Positions 9,390-18,481 of a stretch of DNA of 54,879 nucleotides are shown here, in pieces. How positions within the stretch are numbered: position 1 is the stretch's first letter; each line of letters begins with the position of its first letter. The position numbers and the translations under genes were made by a program. The stretch lies in the IMG/VR virus record IMGVR_UViG_3300045988_121535. The stretch is one strand, 5' to 3'. The notes below the pieces were generated by a model that was given only the letters and a program-made list of their open reading frames with translations, ran no database searches and was not told the origin of the DNA. Source of the DNA: a virus.

Positions 9390-9392
9390 TAA

Positions 9393-9698
9393 ATGAGACT
9401 GATTGATGCAGATGCCTTGAAAGAGGTATTGATAAAAGAGAAGGGGTTTTATCCAGCAATGGTCGCAAGTGCGATTGACAATGCACCTACTATTCAAATG
9501 ACAAGTGTCGAAACGAAAACAGGGGAGAAAGAGGAAAGAGGTCTGCAAGATAACGTCAGCATAAAAGAGGCAAGGGATATGATTGAAGCAGTATCCGCTT
9601 TGTATAAAACACTTTCTTTTACACGCTTGGAATCATTAAAGATTGCTCGTGTGTGCAAAGACTGCCTCGAAAGAATAGAAGAAGAAAATCAACAATAA
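9393..9698 (+). CDS. hypothetical protein
   Basis: 101-aa ORF. Confidence 0.4.
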   Translation: MRLIDADALKEVLIKEKGFYPAMVASAIDNAPTIQMTSVETKTGEKEERGLQDNVSIKEARDMIEAVSALYKTLSFTRLESLKIARVCKDCLERIEEENQQ

Positions 9699-9718
9699 AT
9701 AAAAGTGTGGTGGTGTTT

Positions 9719-10456
9719 ATGGCAATATACAGGAATTTACACATATCGTTTTGGACGGACAATAAGGTCGAGGATGATTTCACGCCAGAGGATAAGTATT
9801 TCTATGCTTATCTTCTGACAAACCCACAGACGAATATCTGCGGCTGCTATGAGGTAAGTTTTAATCAAATGTCGCACCATACAGGGTACACGAAGGATAC
9901 AATTTCAAGGCTGATAAGGCGTTTTGAAAATGTGCATGGTGTGATTCGGTACTGTGCGGAAACAAAGGAAGTCTTGATTCTCAAATGGTACAAGTATAAT
10001 TGGAGCAGGTCAGAGAAAACGCTTGCAGGAGTTGAGAATGTTGCAAAGCATATTAAGTCTGATGATTTTAGGCGGTACGTTATGGATACGGTAAATAAGG
10101 TTAGAGGCAGTGCGGACGATTGCCAGACCGAAGAAGAACCGAAAAGTATTCCTTCCGTTTCTGTAAAGAAAGTATCTTCTGCGGATATGCTGAATGAAAT
10201 GGTTTCCGAGTTTGCTATTTCCGATTACTTGTTGGAATCAGTACAGGATTGGATTGCATACAAGGGAGAGAGAAATTTCAAGTACAAAGAAAGAGGTCTG
10301 CGGACACTTTTAAAAACCGTATCGGAAAAGTCAACACAGTACGGAGATACGGCGGTGTCAACGGCAATAAACGAGAGTATTTCAAGCGGATATCAAGGTA
10401 TTGTTTGGGAGAAAATCGGGAAGGCTTCCAGTAGCGATATAAACTGGAATTTTTAG
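9719..10456 (+). CDS. phage replisome organiser / DnaD-like replication protein (N-terminal domain)
   Basis: IYRNLHISFWTDNKV...FYAYLLTNPQTNICGCYEVS...GYTKDTISRLIRRFE resembles the phage_rep_org_N pattern. Confidence 0.45.
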   Translation: MAIYRNLHISFWTDNKVEDDFTPEDKYFYAYLLTNPQTNICGCYEVSFNQMSHHTGYTKDTISRLIRRFENVHGVIRYCAETKEVLILKWYKYNWSRSEKTLAGVENVAKHIKSDDFRRYVMDTVNKVRGSADDCQTEEEPKSIPSVSVKKVSSADMLNEMVSEFAISDYLLESVQDWIAYKGERNFKYKERGLRTLLKTVSEKSTQYGDTAVSTAINESISSGYQGIVWEKIGKASSSDINWNF

Positions 10457-10468
10457 GGGGTGTGTTTT

Positions 10469-11146
10469 GTGCTGACAAAAGAGGAAATGAAGAAAATCCT
10501 GCGTATCATGTATAACTGTTTTCAGAATTTCAGACCAAAGAATATCGAAGAAACAACGGAGGTTTGGGGAATGATGCTTTCAGATTATACATATCAGCAG
10601 ATTTCGGTTGCGTTGAAATCCTATATCCTGTCCGATACAAGCGGATTTGCACCGACAATCGGGCAGTTGGTTGATATGGTTCATTCCGTTAGCAAACCGC
10701 AGGAATTGAACGAAATGGAGGCGTGGTCGTTAGTCAGTATGGCGATTAGAAACAGCGGATACCGATATACCGAGGAATTTTTGAAACTGCCTGCCATCAT
10801 CCAGAGTGCAATCGGAACGCCGGAGCAGTTACATATTTGGGCTACGGATGAAGAATATAATGAGACAGTAGTTATGAGCAATTTTCAGCGGTCATACCGG
10901 CTTGTGCTGATGCAGAAAGACGAAAGCGCAAAACTACCAACAGAAGTGCGGAATTTGCTTTCTAATAATGAAAATCCTGCCAGAATAGAAATGCAGGATA
11001 GAATTAAGCAGCTTTCTAATGCGTTTGACGAAAAGAGCAAGTTGTTGATTGAGGGCAGCGAGAAGAAAGAAAGAGTAGTGGATGATTCTGTTATGGACAC
11101 CGTTCATGCAGAATTAGAGAAAATAAAAGCAATGAGTATCAGATAA
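10469..11146 (+). CDS. putative replicative-helicase loader (SPP1 G39P-like)
   Basis: Pattern FRPKNIEETTEVWGMMLSDY...FAPTIGQL parallels the G39P N-domain; no Walker A; start uncertain (GTG 10469 or ATG 10487). Confidence 0.35.
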   Translation: MLTKEEMKKILRIMYNCFQNFRPKNIEETTEVWGMMLSDYTYQQISVALKSYILSDTSGFAPTIGQLVDMVHSVSKPQELNEMEAWSLVSMAIRNSGYRYTEEFLKLPAIIQSAIGTPEQLHIWATDEEYNETVVMSNFQRSYRLVLMQKDESAKLPTEVRNLLSNNENPARIEMQDRIKQLSNAFDEKSKLLIEGSEKKERVVDDSVMDTVHAELEKIKAMSIR

Positions 11147-11168
11147 AAACCAGAACGGAGGAAGATTT

Positions 11169-11597
11169 ATGAAAACGCCAATCGTAAAATCTGATGAAGG
11201 AAAACCGCAGCTTAACCTTGTGCCATTGGAACTTTTAGAACCATTGGCAAGGGTTCGTGAATTTGCTGTTGAGAAATACGGTCTTGAAGGTATCGAATCA
11301 TGGCGCAATATTTCCGATGATAGATTGTTAGCTGCTCTGCTGCGGCATACGATTACTTACCAAAAAGACCATGACGCGCGTGACGAGGAAAGCGGATTGC
11401 CTGCTGCGTATCATGTAGCTATCAACGGTGCATTTCTTGCCATCAAGGCTATGGAGAGAATGAAAGAAAGATGTGGATACCAAGTCAAAGAAATTAGCTT
11501 TTACGAAAATCTGCCGCCGGAAGCGCAGAAAAGGGTGGACAAATTTCCTTCTGTGGCTTGCGAAGGTGGTGTAAAAGATGAATCTGAATCAGATTGA
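11169..11597 (+). CDS. DUF5664-like (dATP/dGTP diphosphohydrolase N-terminal domain-like) protein
   Basis: DEGKPQLNLVP...EKYG...WRN...LLAALLRHT...DEESGLPAAYHVAINGAFLAIKA. Confidence 0.5.
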   Translation: MKTPIVKSDEGKPQLNLVPLELLEPLARVREFAVEKYGLEGIESWRNISDDRLLAALLRHTITYQKDHDARDEESGLPAAYHVAINGAFLAIKAMERMKERCGYQVKEISFYENLPPEAQKRVDKFPSVACEGGVKDESESD

Positions 11598-11940
11598 AAA
11601 GAAAAAACGGTATCAGAAGCAAAAAAGAATCATTGAAGAAGCAAAGACAGAAGCTATTGAAAATATGCAGAAAATCATTGATAGAGGGCTTTCTTCTCAA
11701 ATGGAACTGGTTATGCTGTTGGTTCTGCATGATAAATTTGGTTTCGGTCCGGAGCGGTGCGCAAAGGCATTGGTTGCTTTTGAACAGTTATGGGCTGATG
11801 TTGGGGATAAGCACCTTTGTCTTGATGATATTGAGGAAGTGGTAAAGGCTGAAATTGGAATCGAAATGACTGAGGATACTATTTTTCAGACCGACAAGAA
11901 AGGGAATAAGAAATTGCTTTGGTCTAATGAGGATACATAA
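11578..11940 (+). CDS. hypothetical protein
   Basis: 120-aa ORF. Confidence 0.4.
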   Translation: MNLNQIEKKKRYQKQKRIIEEAKTEAIENMQKIIDRGLSSQMELVMLLVLHDKFGFGPERCAKALVAFEQLWADVGDKHLCLDDIEEVVKAEIGIEMTEDTIFQTDKKGNKKLLWSNEDT

Positions 11941-11955
11941 AGGAGGTATTCCTAA

Positions 11956-12357
11956 GTGGCTTTGCGAGATTTGACAAAGCCAGAATTGCGAAAAATTATC
12001 GAGAACGCCAATTTTACCGAGGATGAGATGATGGTATTTCAACTGTCCAGTAACGGTTCTCCCATTGACTATATAGCGGACACGATGAAAATATCATCAT
12101 CTACGGTGAATCGCATTTTGAGGAAGATTTATAAGAAAATAGAAAGGATTGAGGATATGTCGAAACCAGAGGTGCCGATTTGGCAGAAAGTTACAATGAC
12201 GATTGATGAAGCGTCCGCCTATAGCAATATCGGAACGGCAACGCTCAGAAAACTTGCGAATAACCCAAGATGCACTTTTGCTCTTACAAACGGTAACAGG
12301 AAACTCATTAAGCGAAAGGAATTTGACAAGTTTATTGAAAATACTGTTGAGATATAG
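11956..12357 (+). CDS. DNA-binding protein with sigma-70 region-4-like HTH plus excisionase-type HTH; putative Xis/RDF
   Basis: FTEDEMMVFQL...IADTMKISSSTVNRILRKI, then MTIDEASAYSNIGTATLRKL...KLIKRKEFDKFIE; lies immediately upstream of the integrase. Confidence 0.45.
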   Translation: MALRDLTKPELRKIIENANFTEDEMMVFQLSSNGSPIDYIADTMKISSSTVNRILRKIYKKIERIEDMSKPEVPIWQKVTMTIDEASAYSNIGTATLRKLANNPRCTFALTNGNRKLIKRKEFDKFIENTVEI

Positions 12358-12429
12358 ACAGAAATTAGCCCTGTATGGTAATATGACGCTGTATGGGGCT
12401 TTTCTCAAAATGAAAGGGTGTGTAATAGA

Positions 12430-13554
12430 ATGGGAAAAGACCTTAGAGGTAAAGAATTAGGCATTGGTATCAGCCAACGGAAAGACGGAATGTACACAGG
12501 ACGATTTACAACAAAATCCGGAAAACGGAAACAGAAATACTTTCATAAGTTGCAGGAGTGCAGGGCGTGGATGGCAGATGCACAATTTGAGGATGAGCAT
12601 GGGGATGTTTTCTTTTCAGATTCTCCAACTGTTAATGCGTGGTTCGACTATTGGCTTGAAGAAGTAAAAGGGAATGGAATTAGAATTTCAACAAAAAATA
12701 ACTACGAAAACCAATGGAAAAATTCAGCTTATTCAGCGATAGGAGAAATGGAATTAAAGGACGTAAAACCTATTCATTGCCAAAAAATATTAAACGATTT
12801 AGCCGCAAATCATAAGAGCAGCACGGTTAAGGTATACAGGACTTTGATGTGGTCTGTTTTCGAGTGTGCTGTTGAAAATGATTTCATCCAAAAGAATCCT
12901 GTCGAAAGAACAAAAGTTACAGGCGGAGAAAGAACAGAAGGGAAGCAGGCTCTTACGTTGGACGAGCAGAAGCTTTTTCTTCAAGAATCAAAGAGGTATG
13001 CTTATCACAACGGGTTGGCTTTTGTTTTGCAGACAGGGATTCGGGTTGGAGAATTGATTGCGTTAAAGTGGTCTGATGTAGATTTTAAAAATCGAAAAAT
13101 AAAAATACAGAGAAGTGCATCGGAGGTCGCGAAACAAGGATTTGTAATCGGAGAACCTAAAACAAAAAGCGGGTGCAGGGAAATACCACTCACAAAAGAA
13201 GCTATCAATATTTTATATAATCAAAAAGAGAAGGATTCTCAAAACAAAATCATTCCAATCCAGTATGCAGATTATATCTTTCTGAACAAAAACGGAAATT
13301 TAATTCAAAAGTCAGCGTATAATCAAGGAATATATGCTATTTGTAATAGATTGGGAATGAGAAAGTTCTCAATCCACTTGCTAAGGCACACATTCGCTAC
13401 GAGATGTATAGAAAGTGGTATGCGCCCTAAAACACTGCAAGCGATCCTAGGTCATAGCAAAATTGAAATGACGATGAATTTGTATGTTCATGTAACGGAT
13501 GAATCCAAACTGGAAGAAATCGAAGCAATAGAGAAAAATTTAAAATTGGTGTAG
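12430..13554 (+). CDS. int: tyrosine site-specific integrase
   Basis: C-terminal catalytic box HLLRHTFATRCIESGMRPKTLQAILGHSKIEMTMNLYVHV (R...HxxR...Y). Confidence 0.95.
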   Translation: MGKDLRGKELGIGISQRKDGMYTGRFTTKSGKRKQKYFHKLQECRAWMADAQFEDEHGDVFFSDSPTVNAWFDYWLEEVKGNGIRISTKNNYENQWKNSAYSAIGEMELKDVKPIHCQKILNDLAANHKSSTVKVYRTLMWSVFECAVENDFIQKNPVERTKVTGGERTEGKQALTLDEQKLFLQESKRYAYHNGLAFVLQTGIRVGELIALKWSDVDFKNRKIKIQRSASEVAKQGFVIGEPKTKSGCREIPLTKEAINILYNQKEKDSQNKIIPIQYADYIFLNKNGNLIQKSAYNQGIYAICNRLGMRKFSIHLLRHTFATRCIESGMRPKTLQAILGHSKIEMTMNLYVHVTDESKLEEIEAIEKNLKLV

Positions 13555-13811
13555 AAATTGGTGTAGAAATAAAAAAAACATACCTAGGATGCCTTGAATT
13601 ATCAGTTTTTTTAATAAATGTATACATTTTCTGCTGAAAGTGATATGTGAAATTTTATTCAAATAAAAATAACTTGTTATAACTTTATTTTCAAGGGTTT
13701 TAAGCAATTCATACAAAAATGATAAACATTGAATAACTTTTCAAAACCAATGAATAACTTTCAGAAAAATGGTGTAGAATTGGTGTAGTGGTGTAGAATT
13801 GGTGTAGAAAA
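13546..13811. promoter_or_regulatory. attP-like region: six GGTGTAGAA direct repeats (two at 13548-13565, four at 13771-13807) flanking an AT-rich core with TGAATAACTTT repeats
   Basis: Direct inspection; lies immediately 3' of int. Confidence 0.45.
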
Positions 13812-13908
13812 GTCCCATACAAAACAAAAAAATATATGACAGAAAGTTGAGCGAAAGATGACACTTTTGGCTCTTTTTTTATGCGAAAATATATTTATAG
13901 AGAGGATG

Positions 13909-14073
13909 ATGGAAATGTTTTCAGACGAAGTATTAGAAAAAATTTTCAGTAGGGAAGATGTAATGAAGATACCTCTGACGTATCAGTCCGTTATGGTTCG
14001 GGCGGTGCAAGAGGTATTGGAAAAGGAGGGAATTGACTATGCAACCAAATCCTTATCAGAGCATGAACTATAA
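13909..14073 (+). CDS. small hypothetical protein
   Basis: ORF after the AGAGAGGA RBS; exact start uncertain (13906, 13909 or 13915). Confidence 0.35.
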   Translation: MEMFSDEVLEKIFSREDVMKIPLTYQSVMVRAVQEVLEKEGIDYATKSLSEHEL

Positions 14074-14548
14074 TATCCAACCAGCATATCAGCAGTATGG
14101 GTATAATCCGTACTTCCAACAACCGAGGATGCAGCAACCACAGATAGAGCCATTGCAGACCGCAAATCAGTTTCAGCAGCAGTTACAGAGCGGCATAAAC
14201 GGTCGAGTAGTACAGTCTGTGGAAATGATAACAGCAAATGACGTACCTATGGATGGTTCGGCGGCGTTCTTTCCAATGCAGGATATGAGTGCAATATTGG
14301 CTAAGTCATGGAATGCTGACGGCACAATCAAAACCGTAATTTTCAAGCCGATAAATGAGACAGTTCCTCAAAATGAAATCCAAAACAAAGAAAATTTGAA
14401 AATTGACTTGTCGGACGGTACGGTTTCGGCTTTTATGGATAGATTTGATGAACTGTCGGAAAGATTAGAGCAGTTGGAAGTTTCCATAAATAAAACTGCG
14501 CCAAAATCAAGCGCACAATCGACAAAGAGAAAGGCTGATGCAGAATGA
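14039..14548 (+). CDS. Q/N/Y-rich low-complexity N-terminus protein
   Basis: ATG 14039 with AAAAGGAGGG RBS; N-terminus QPNPYQSMNYNIQPAYQQYGYNPYFQQ. Confidence 0.5.
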   Translation: MQPNPYQSMNYNIQPAYQQYGYNPYFQQPRMQQPQIEPLQTANQFQQQLQSGINGRVVQSVEMITANDVPMDGSAAFFPMQDMSAILAKSWNADGTIKTVIFKPINETVPQNEIQNKENLKIDLSDGTVSAFMDRFDELSERLEQLEVSINKTAPKSSAQSTKRKADAE

Positions 14549-14775
14549 AAAACTTGTTTCAATTATTTAGCGGCATAAAGAATCCGCAACAGTTTTTACA
14601 AAGCATGATGAACAATAGTCAAGTGATGGGAAACCCTATGGCGAAAAATGCCATTGACATGATGCAGAATGGGGATGTCAAAGGCGTAGAGCAGATGGCA
14701 AGAAACCTCTGCAAAGAGAAAGGGGTAAACCCTGACGAAATAATGCAACAAATGAAAGATAAGTTTGGAATGTAA
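14545..14775 (+). CDS. small Q/M-rich protein
   Basis: 76-aa ORF overlapping the upstream stop by 4 nt. Confidence 0.45.
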   Translation: MKNLFQLFSGIKNPQQFLQSMMNNSQVMGNPMAKNAIDMMQNGDVKGVEQMARNLCKEKGVNPDEIMQQMKDKFGM

Positions 14776-14853
14776 GACATATTAGAGGTTGCGCGCAAAA
14801 ACCTTGGTGCCTCTTTATGAATAAAAATAATCAATCAAAAGGAGGAATCTAAT

Positions 14854-15642
14854 ATGTTCAACTCTACAAACAATACACCTTTTACTATGCCTGTAATGCC
14901 GGCAACTGGCGGTTATGGCAATGACGGTGCGTTCAACGATGGCGGCTGGCTGTGGATAATCGTAGTTTTTGCTTTGCTTTTTGGATGGGGCAATAACGGT
15001 TTCGGCGGTTTCGGCGGTAATGGCGGCGGCTATGTAGCAACAGCAGCTACACAGGCAGATATCCAGAGAGGCTTTGATACACAGTCTATCATTGGCAAAC
15101 TGGATGGTATCTCCAACGGTATGTGTGATGGTTTCTATGCACAGAACACAACCCTGATGAATGGTTTCCATAGTGTTGATAACGCTATCTGCAATCTTGG
15201 CTACCAGACACAGCAGGGGTTCAACACAACCAATGTTGCACTGATGCAGGGTCAGAACGCATTGCAGGCACAGCTTGCCGATTGCTGTTGCCAGAACAGA
15301 GAAGCAATCGCTCAGGTAAGATACGATATGGCGCAGGATACTTGTGCATTGCAGAACACGATGAACACAAATACCCGTGACATTATCGACAACCAGAACG
15401 CAGGAACAAGAGCAATCCTTGACTATCTGTGTGCTAAGGAAAATGCGGATTTGAGAGACAAGGTTCAGAAGCTGGAACTGGCTGCTTCTCAGTCAGCGCA
15501 GAACGCTTATATCGCGGCAAATCAGGACGCGCAGACAGCGGAATTGATTAGAAGAATCAACCCTATGCCTGTACCTGCGTATAACGTTCCTGCCCCTTAT
15601 CCTTATTCTGGATATGGTAACGGTTGCGGTTGTGGTTGCTAA
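14854..15642 (+). CDS. Gly/Cys/Tyr-rich membrane protein with YjcZ-like Gly-rich TM segment
   Basis: AAAAGGAGG RBS; GGWLWIIVVFALLFGWGNNGFGGFGGNGGGY; C-terminus PYPYSGYGNGCGCGC; CCC cluster. Confidence 0.5.
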   Translation: MFNSTNNTPFTMPVMPATGGYGNDGAFNDGGWLWIIVVFALLFGWGNNGFGGFGGNGGGYVATAATQADIQRGFDTQSIIGKLDGISNGMCDGFYAQNTTLMNGFHSVDNAICNLGYQTQQGFNTTNVALMQGQNALQAQLADCCCQNREAIAQVRYDMAQDTCALQNTMNTNTRDIIDNQNAGTRAILDYLCAKENADLRDKVQKLELAASQSAQNAYIAANQDAQTAELIRRINPMPVPAYNVPAPYPYSGYGNGCGCGC

Positions 15643-15860
15643 TGGCAGACAACCAAAATAAAGGGTTATCTTATTTAGATATGCTTACCATCCTGTCTGT
15701 GTTTTTACAGTTTGTAACGTGTCAGCAAGTATCGAACGATACACTACTGAAAGAATTGCATAGGCAGGATGGGTATTATCTGGATAAGATAATGAAAGAC
15801 CAGAAGGAAATACTAAAAATGCTATCTGATATTAAATCAGACTTCGCCCGCAGTGGTTGA
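15642..15860 (+). CDS. small single-TM protein
   Basis: ATG overlaps the upstream TAA (TAATG). Confidence 0.4.
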   Translation: MADNQNKGLSYLDMLTILSVFLQFVTCQQVSNDTLLKELHRQDGYYLDKIMKDQKEILKMLSDIKSDFARSG

Positions 15861-15868
15861 TACAAAGA

Positions 15869-15899
15869 GGGTAGGCAGAAGTCTACCCTTATTTTTTTA
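15869..15899 (+). terminator. rho-independent terminator
   Basis: GGGTAG-gcagaagt-CTACCC followed by TTATTTTTTT. Confidence 0.7.
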
Positions 15900-15913
15900 G
15901 GAGGTGTTATTTT

Positions 15914-16318
15914 ATGGCTTGCAAGAACGCGTGCCGACTTTGCGACAATTTCATTATATCGCAGTCAGTGAATTTTACAGGTGGGAATCTGATTATAGAT
16001 TTACCTGCTGGCAGTTATGCAGACTGCCGAAAAGTTTGTATTGTGGTGGCTCAAAAAATCCCCGATACCACTACAATCAATGCTCCTGTTTTTATTACGA
16101 TTGGCGGTGGGGCTGTGCAGTATCCGCTTATGAAGCGTAATTGCAGACAGGTTGTAGCATCTGGCTTGAGAACAAGAACCAGATACAAAACCATAGTTGA
16201 GACAACGAACAATTCTGGATTTTTCAGAATGATAGGGGAGCCTTGCTGTACGCCAGATAACAGATTATCTGCTATCAACGGAGAAAGTGTCCCTGCAACA
16301 ACAGGCGGAGGTGAATAA
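15914..16318 (+). CDS. Cys-rich protein, tentatively CotZ/CotY/ExsY-like spore-coat protein
   Basis: N-terminal CxxxC-xxC; PVFITIGG then about 34 aa to the GFFRMIGEPCCTPDN block, paralleling the CotZ PFAIF...VFFRVERVHGSC arrangement. Confidence 0.35.
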   Translation: MACKNACRLCDNFIISQSVNFTGGNLIIDLPAGSYADCRKVCIVVAQKIPDTTTINAPVFITIGGGAVQYPLMKRNCRQVVASGLRTRTRYKTIVETTNNSGFFRMIGEPCCTPDNRLSAINGESVPATTGGGE

Positions 16319-16321
16319 TTT

Positions 16322-16984
16322 ATGCACATTGAGAGAATGCACAAAATGATTGAGTGTCTTTGCGAAAAGGCATGGTCCGAAATGGAAAAAGGTCTGGAAT
16401 GTGTTGATACCGCCGAAATGGGACAGGTTGTCGATATGATTAAAGACTTAAACGATGCCGAATACAAAGCGGTCATTACAAAAGCTATGCAGAAGGCAGA
16501 AAAAGAGGACGAAGAAGAAGATAAGGAAATCCTCAGACGGTTGAAATCCGAATACTACGATGGCGTAGAAAGGCGTTTCTACGACCATTATAGATACGCT
16601 GACGGTAGATTTGCACCAAAGGGCAGAGGAACACGCAGAAGCTACACAGAACCGCCTTATTACTTCCAGACACCCGATATGTATCACGAATGGGATAGCA
16701 AGAGTGACGCAGAGCGTGGCAGAGATTTAGACCGTATGGGTGGCAGGATGTATTACACCGAACCCATGATGAGCGGCTACGATAAAGCGAAACGCCATTA
16801 CACAGAAAGCAAGGAAATGCACAAGGGCAATTCTCAGGCTGATAAAGAGCAAAAGATGCGCGACCTTGAAGCATACATGAAAGAACTTTCTGGTGATGTG
16901 ACAGAGATTCTTTCGGATATGACACCAGAAGAACGTACTCTGTTGAAAGCCAAAATGACAACACTGTTGCAGAAAATCGGCTGA
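16322..16984 (+). CDS. Tyr/Met-rich charged protein
   Basis: 220 aa with repeated YYTEP/MYY motifs and a CLCEK...ECVD N-terminus. Confidence 0.5.
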   Translation: MHIERMHKMIECLCEKAWSEMEKGLECVDTAEMGQVVDMIKDLNDAEYKAVITKAMQKAEKEDEEEDKEILRRLKSEYYDGVERRFYDHYRYADGRFAPKGRGTRRSYTEPPYYFQTPDMYHEWDSKSDAERGRDLDRMGGRMYYTEPMMSGYDKAKRHYTESKEMHKGNSQADKEQKMRDLEAYMKELSGDVTEILSDMTPEERTLLKAKMTTLLQKIG

Positions 16985-16994
16985 TGCAAAATAG

Positions 16995-17026
16995 GATAGG
17001 GGTTATCTTGCCCCTATCTTTTTTAA
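16995..17026 (+). terminator. rho-independent terminator
   Basis: GATAGGGG-ttatcttg-CCCCTATC then TTTTTT. Confidence 0.75.
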
Positions 17027-17040
17027 TCGGGGGTGATGGA

Positions 17041-17361
17041 ATGGTATTCGAGATAAACGGTGTGAAATGGAGTGTTGTTTCGGTTGCGCCATCCTCGGAC
17101 TGCCTGCGCCGCTCTAACGGTAGTTTTACAGTTGGCGTGACGGATAACACTACTCACTGTATTTGCCTTTCTAATCGGCTTGTAGGCGGCTTTAAGAGGA
17201 AGGTGCTTATACACGAATTATGCCACGCAGTCTGTATGTCCTATAACATACATATCCCATTGGAACAGGAGGAATTTTTATGTGACTTTGTGGCTACTTA
17301 TGGGGATGAAGTTTTCGATATGGTAGATATGATAGTCGGGGAAATTCGGAAAACGGCATAA
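17041..17361 (+). CDS. HExxH zinc metallopeptidase-like (SprT/ImmA-like) protein
   Basis: KVLIHELCHAVCM motif; GGGGGTGATGG RBS before the ATG. Confidence 0.5.
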   Translation: MVFEINGVKWSVVSVAPSSDCLRRSNGSFTVGVTDNTTHCICLSNRLVGGFKRKVLIHELCHAVCMSYNIHIPLEQEEFLCDFVATYGDEVFDMVDMIVGEIRKTA

Positions 17362-17366
17362 AAAAA

Positions 17367-17403
17367 GGGAGTATACCGAAATTGATATACTCCCGATTTT
17401 TGT
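17367..17403. terminator. bidirectional rho-independent terminator between convergent genes
   Basis: AAAAAA-GGGAGTATA...TATACTCCC-GATTTTT. Confidence 0.7.
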
Positions 17404-17475
17404 GTAGCTTAGGATTGCAGCTTTTACGAAAGGGCGTATTGTTATTATACCATTTTGTTGAGGTCAACGCAATGG

Positions 17476-18108
17476 TTATTTTTTCGTCAGCACCGCAATG
17501 TTCCCCTTGCTTGTGATGTTGTAGCCGGTGGCATCCGCCACGTCACGAATTTTGATGTAGTTTATTCCGTTTTTCAGAATACGTTCTGTTTCGTGTTCCT
17601 TTCCATCAATGATAATCTTGCACTTCTCTACCACTTCTTCATCCTCCGTTCCGTAGTCGAAAACATCATTTACAAGCAACCAATGCGTGAATTTATTGCA
17701 CCGCAGGGGGACTTCTCGCACGCCGTAAGCAGAGCCGTCAGCAGCTATGTAGTAGGGGTAGCCGTTCTTTATGCCAGTGTAAACCCCGATATGCCCCTGC
17801 ATCCAGACTAACGCCCCGATGGGTGCTTTCTCAATGGAGGATATGGGGTTTACGCTTTTCGCTCGTTCTTTCCATTGGGTACTGCCGAGTTTTACGCCAC
17901 ACGCCCATGAAATCAGACCAGAGCAGTCTACACAAACCTTGCCGATTTTCTTTCGGTCACTGTTCCATACCATCTTCCCGTATTTGTTTTTCAGATAGTT
18001 GTAGTTGGCTTCGGTCATTACAGAGCCTTTCATACCGTAAACATACGGTGTGCCGATTTTGGAACGGCAGAAGGCTACCAGTTCTTTTCCTGTCATTTTT
18101 TTCGCCAT
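17476..18108 (-). CDS. endolysin: NlpC/P60 endopeptidase plus copper-amine-oxidase-N-like cell-wall-binding domain
   Basis: Catalytic Cys motif VCVDCSGLISWA...H; C-terminal IIIDGKEHETE...KIRDVADATGY. Confidence 0.85.
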   Translation of the reverse strand: MAKKMTGKELVAFCRSKIGTPYVYGMKGSVMTEANYNYLKNKYGKMVWNSDRKKIGKVCVDCSGLISWACGVKLGSTQWKERAKSVNPISSIEKAPIGALVWMQGHIGVYTGIKNGYPYYIAADGSAYGVREVPLRCNKFTHWLLVNDVFDYGTEDEEVVEKCKIIIDGKEHETERILKNGINYIKIRDVADATGYNITSKGNIAVLTKK

Positions 18109-18112
18109 GTAA

Positions 18113-18466
18113 TCATCCCTTTACAATTTCCTTGACCGCCTTGTTTTCTTTCAGCATTTTTCGCATTTCTTCCAGTGCTTCATCCACCCACGCAGAGAAG
18201 GTGTCGAATGATACCGCTATAGCAATAGCAGGGAATCTCTGCACAAACAAATCATAGGCGCGGCGCAGTTTCAATTTTCCAGTGCCGCCGCCCAATTCCT
18301 TTTCCGCCTGCATAACCGCCCATAACAGCCATTGTTTCACTTTGACGCGCTGTGTTTCGGTGGGCATATTCAGAAATCTGCCGATACACATACCAATCAC
18401 GCAGGCAACCGCCAGAAGTGCCACCACTAAGTACCAGTTTTCCATTAAGAATGTAATCTGTCTCAT
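18113..18466 (-). CDS. holin (LL-H-like), putative
   Basis: Single TM (LVVALLAVACVIGMCI), immediately upstream of the lysin. Confidence 0.5.
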   Translation of the reverse strand: MRQITFLMENWYLVVALLAVACVIGMCIGRFLNMPTETQRVKVKQWLLWAVMQAEKELGGGTGKLKLRRAYDLFVQRFPAIAIAVSFDTFSAWVDEALEEMRKMLKENKAVKEIVKG

Positions 18467-18481
18467 TTCATCAAGCCTCCT

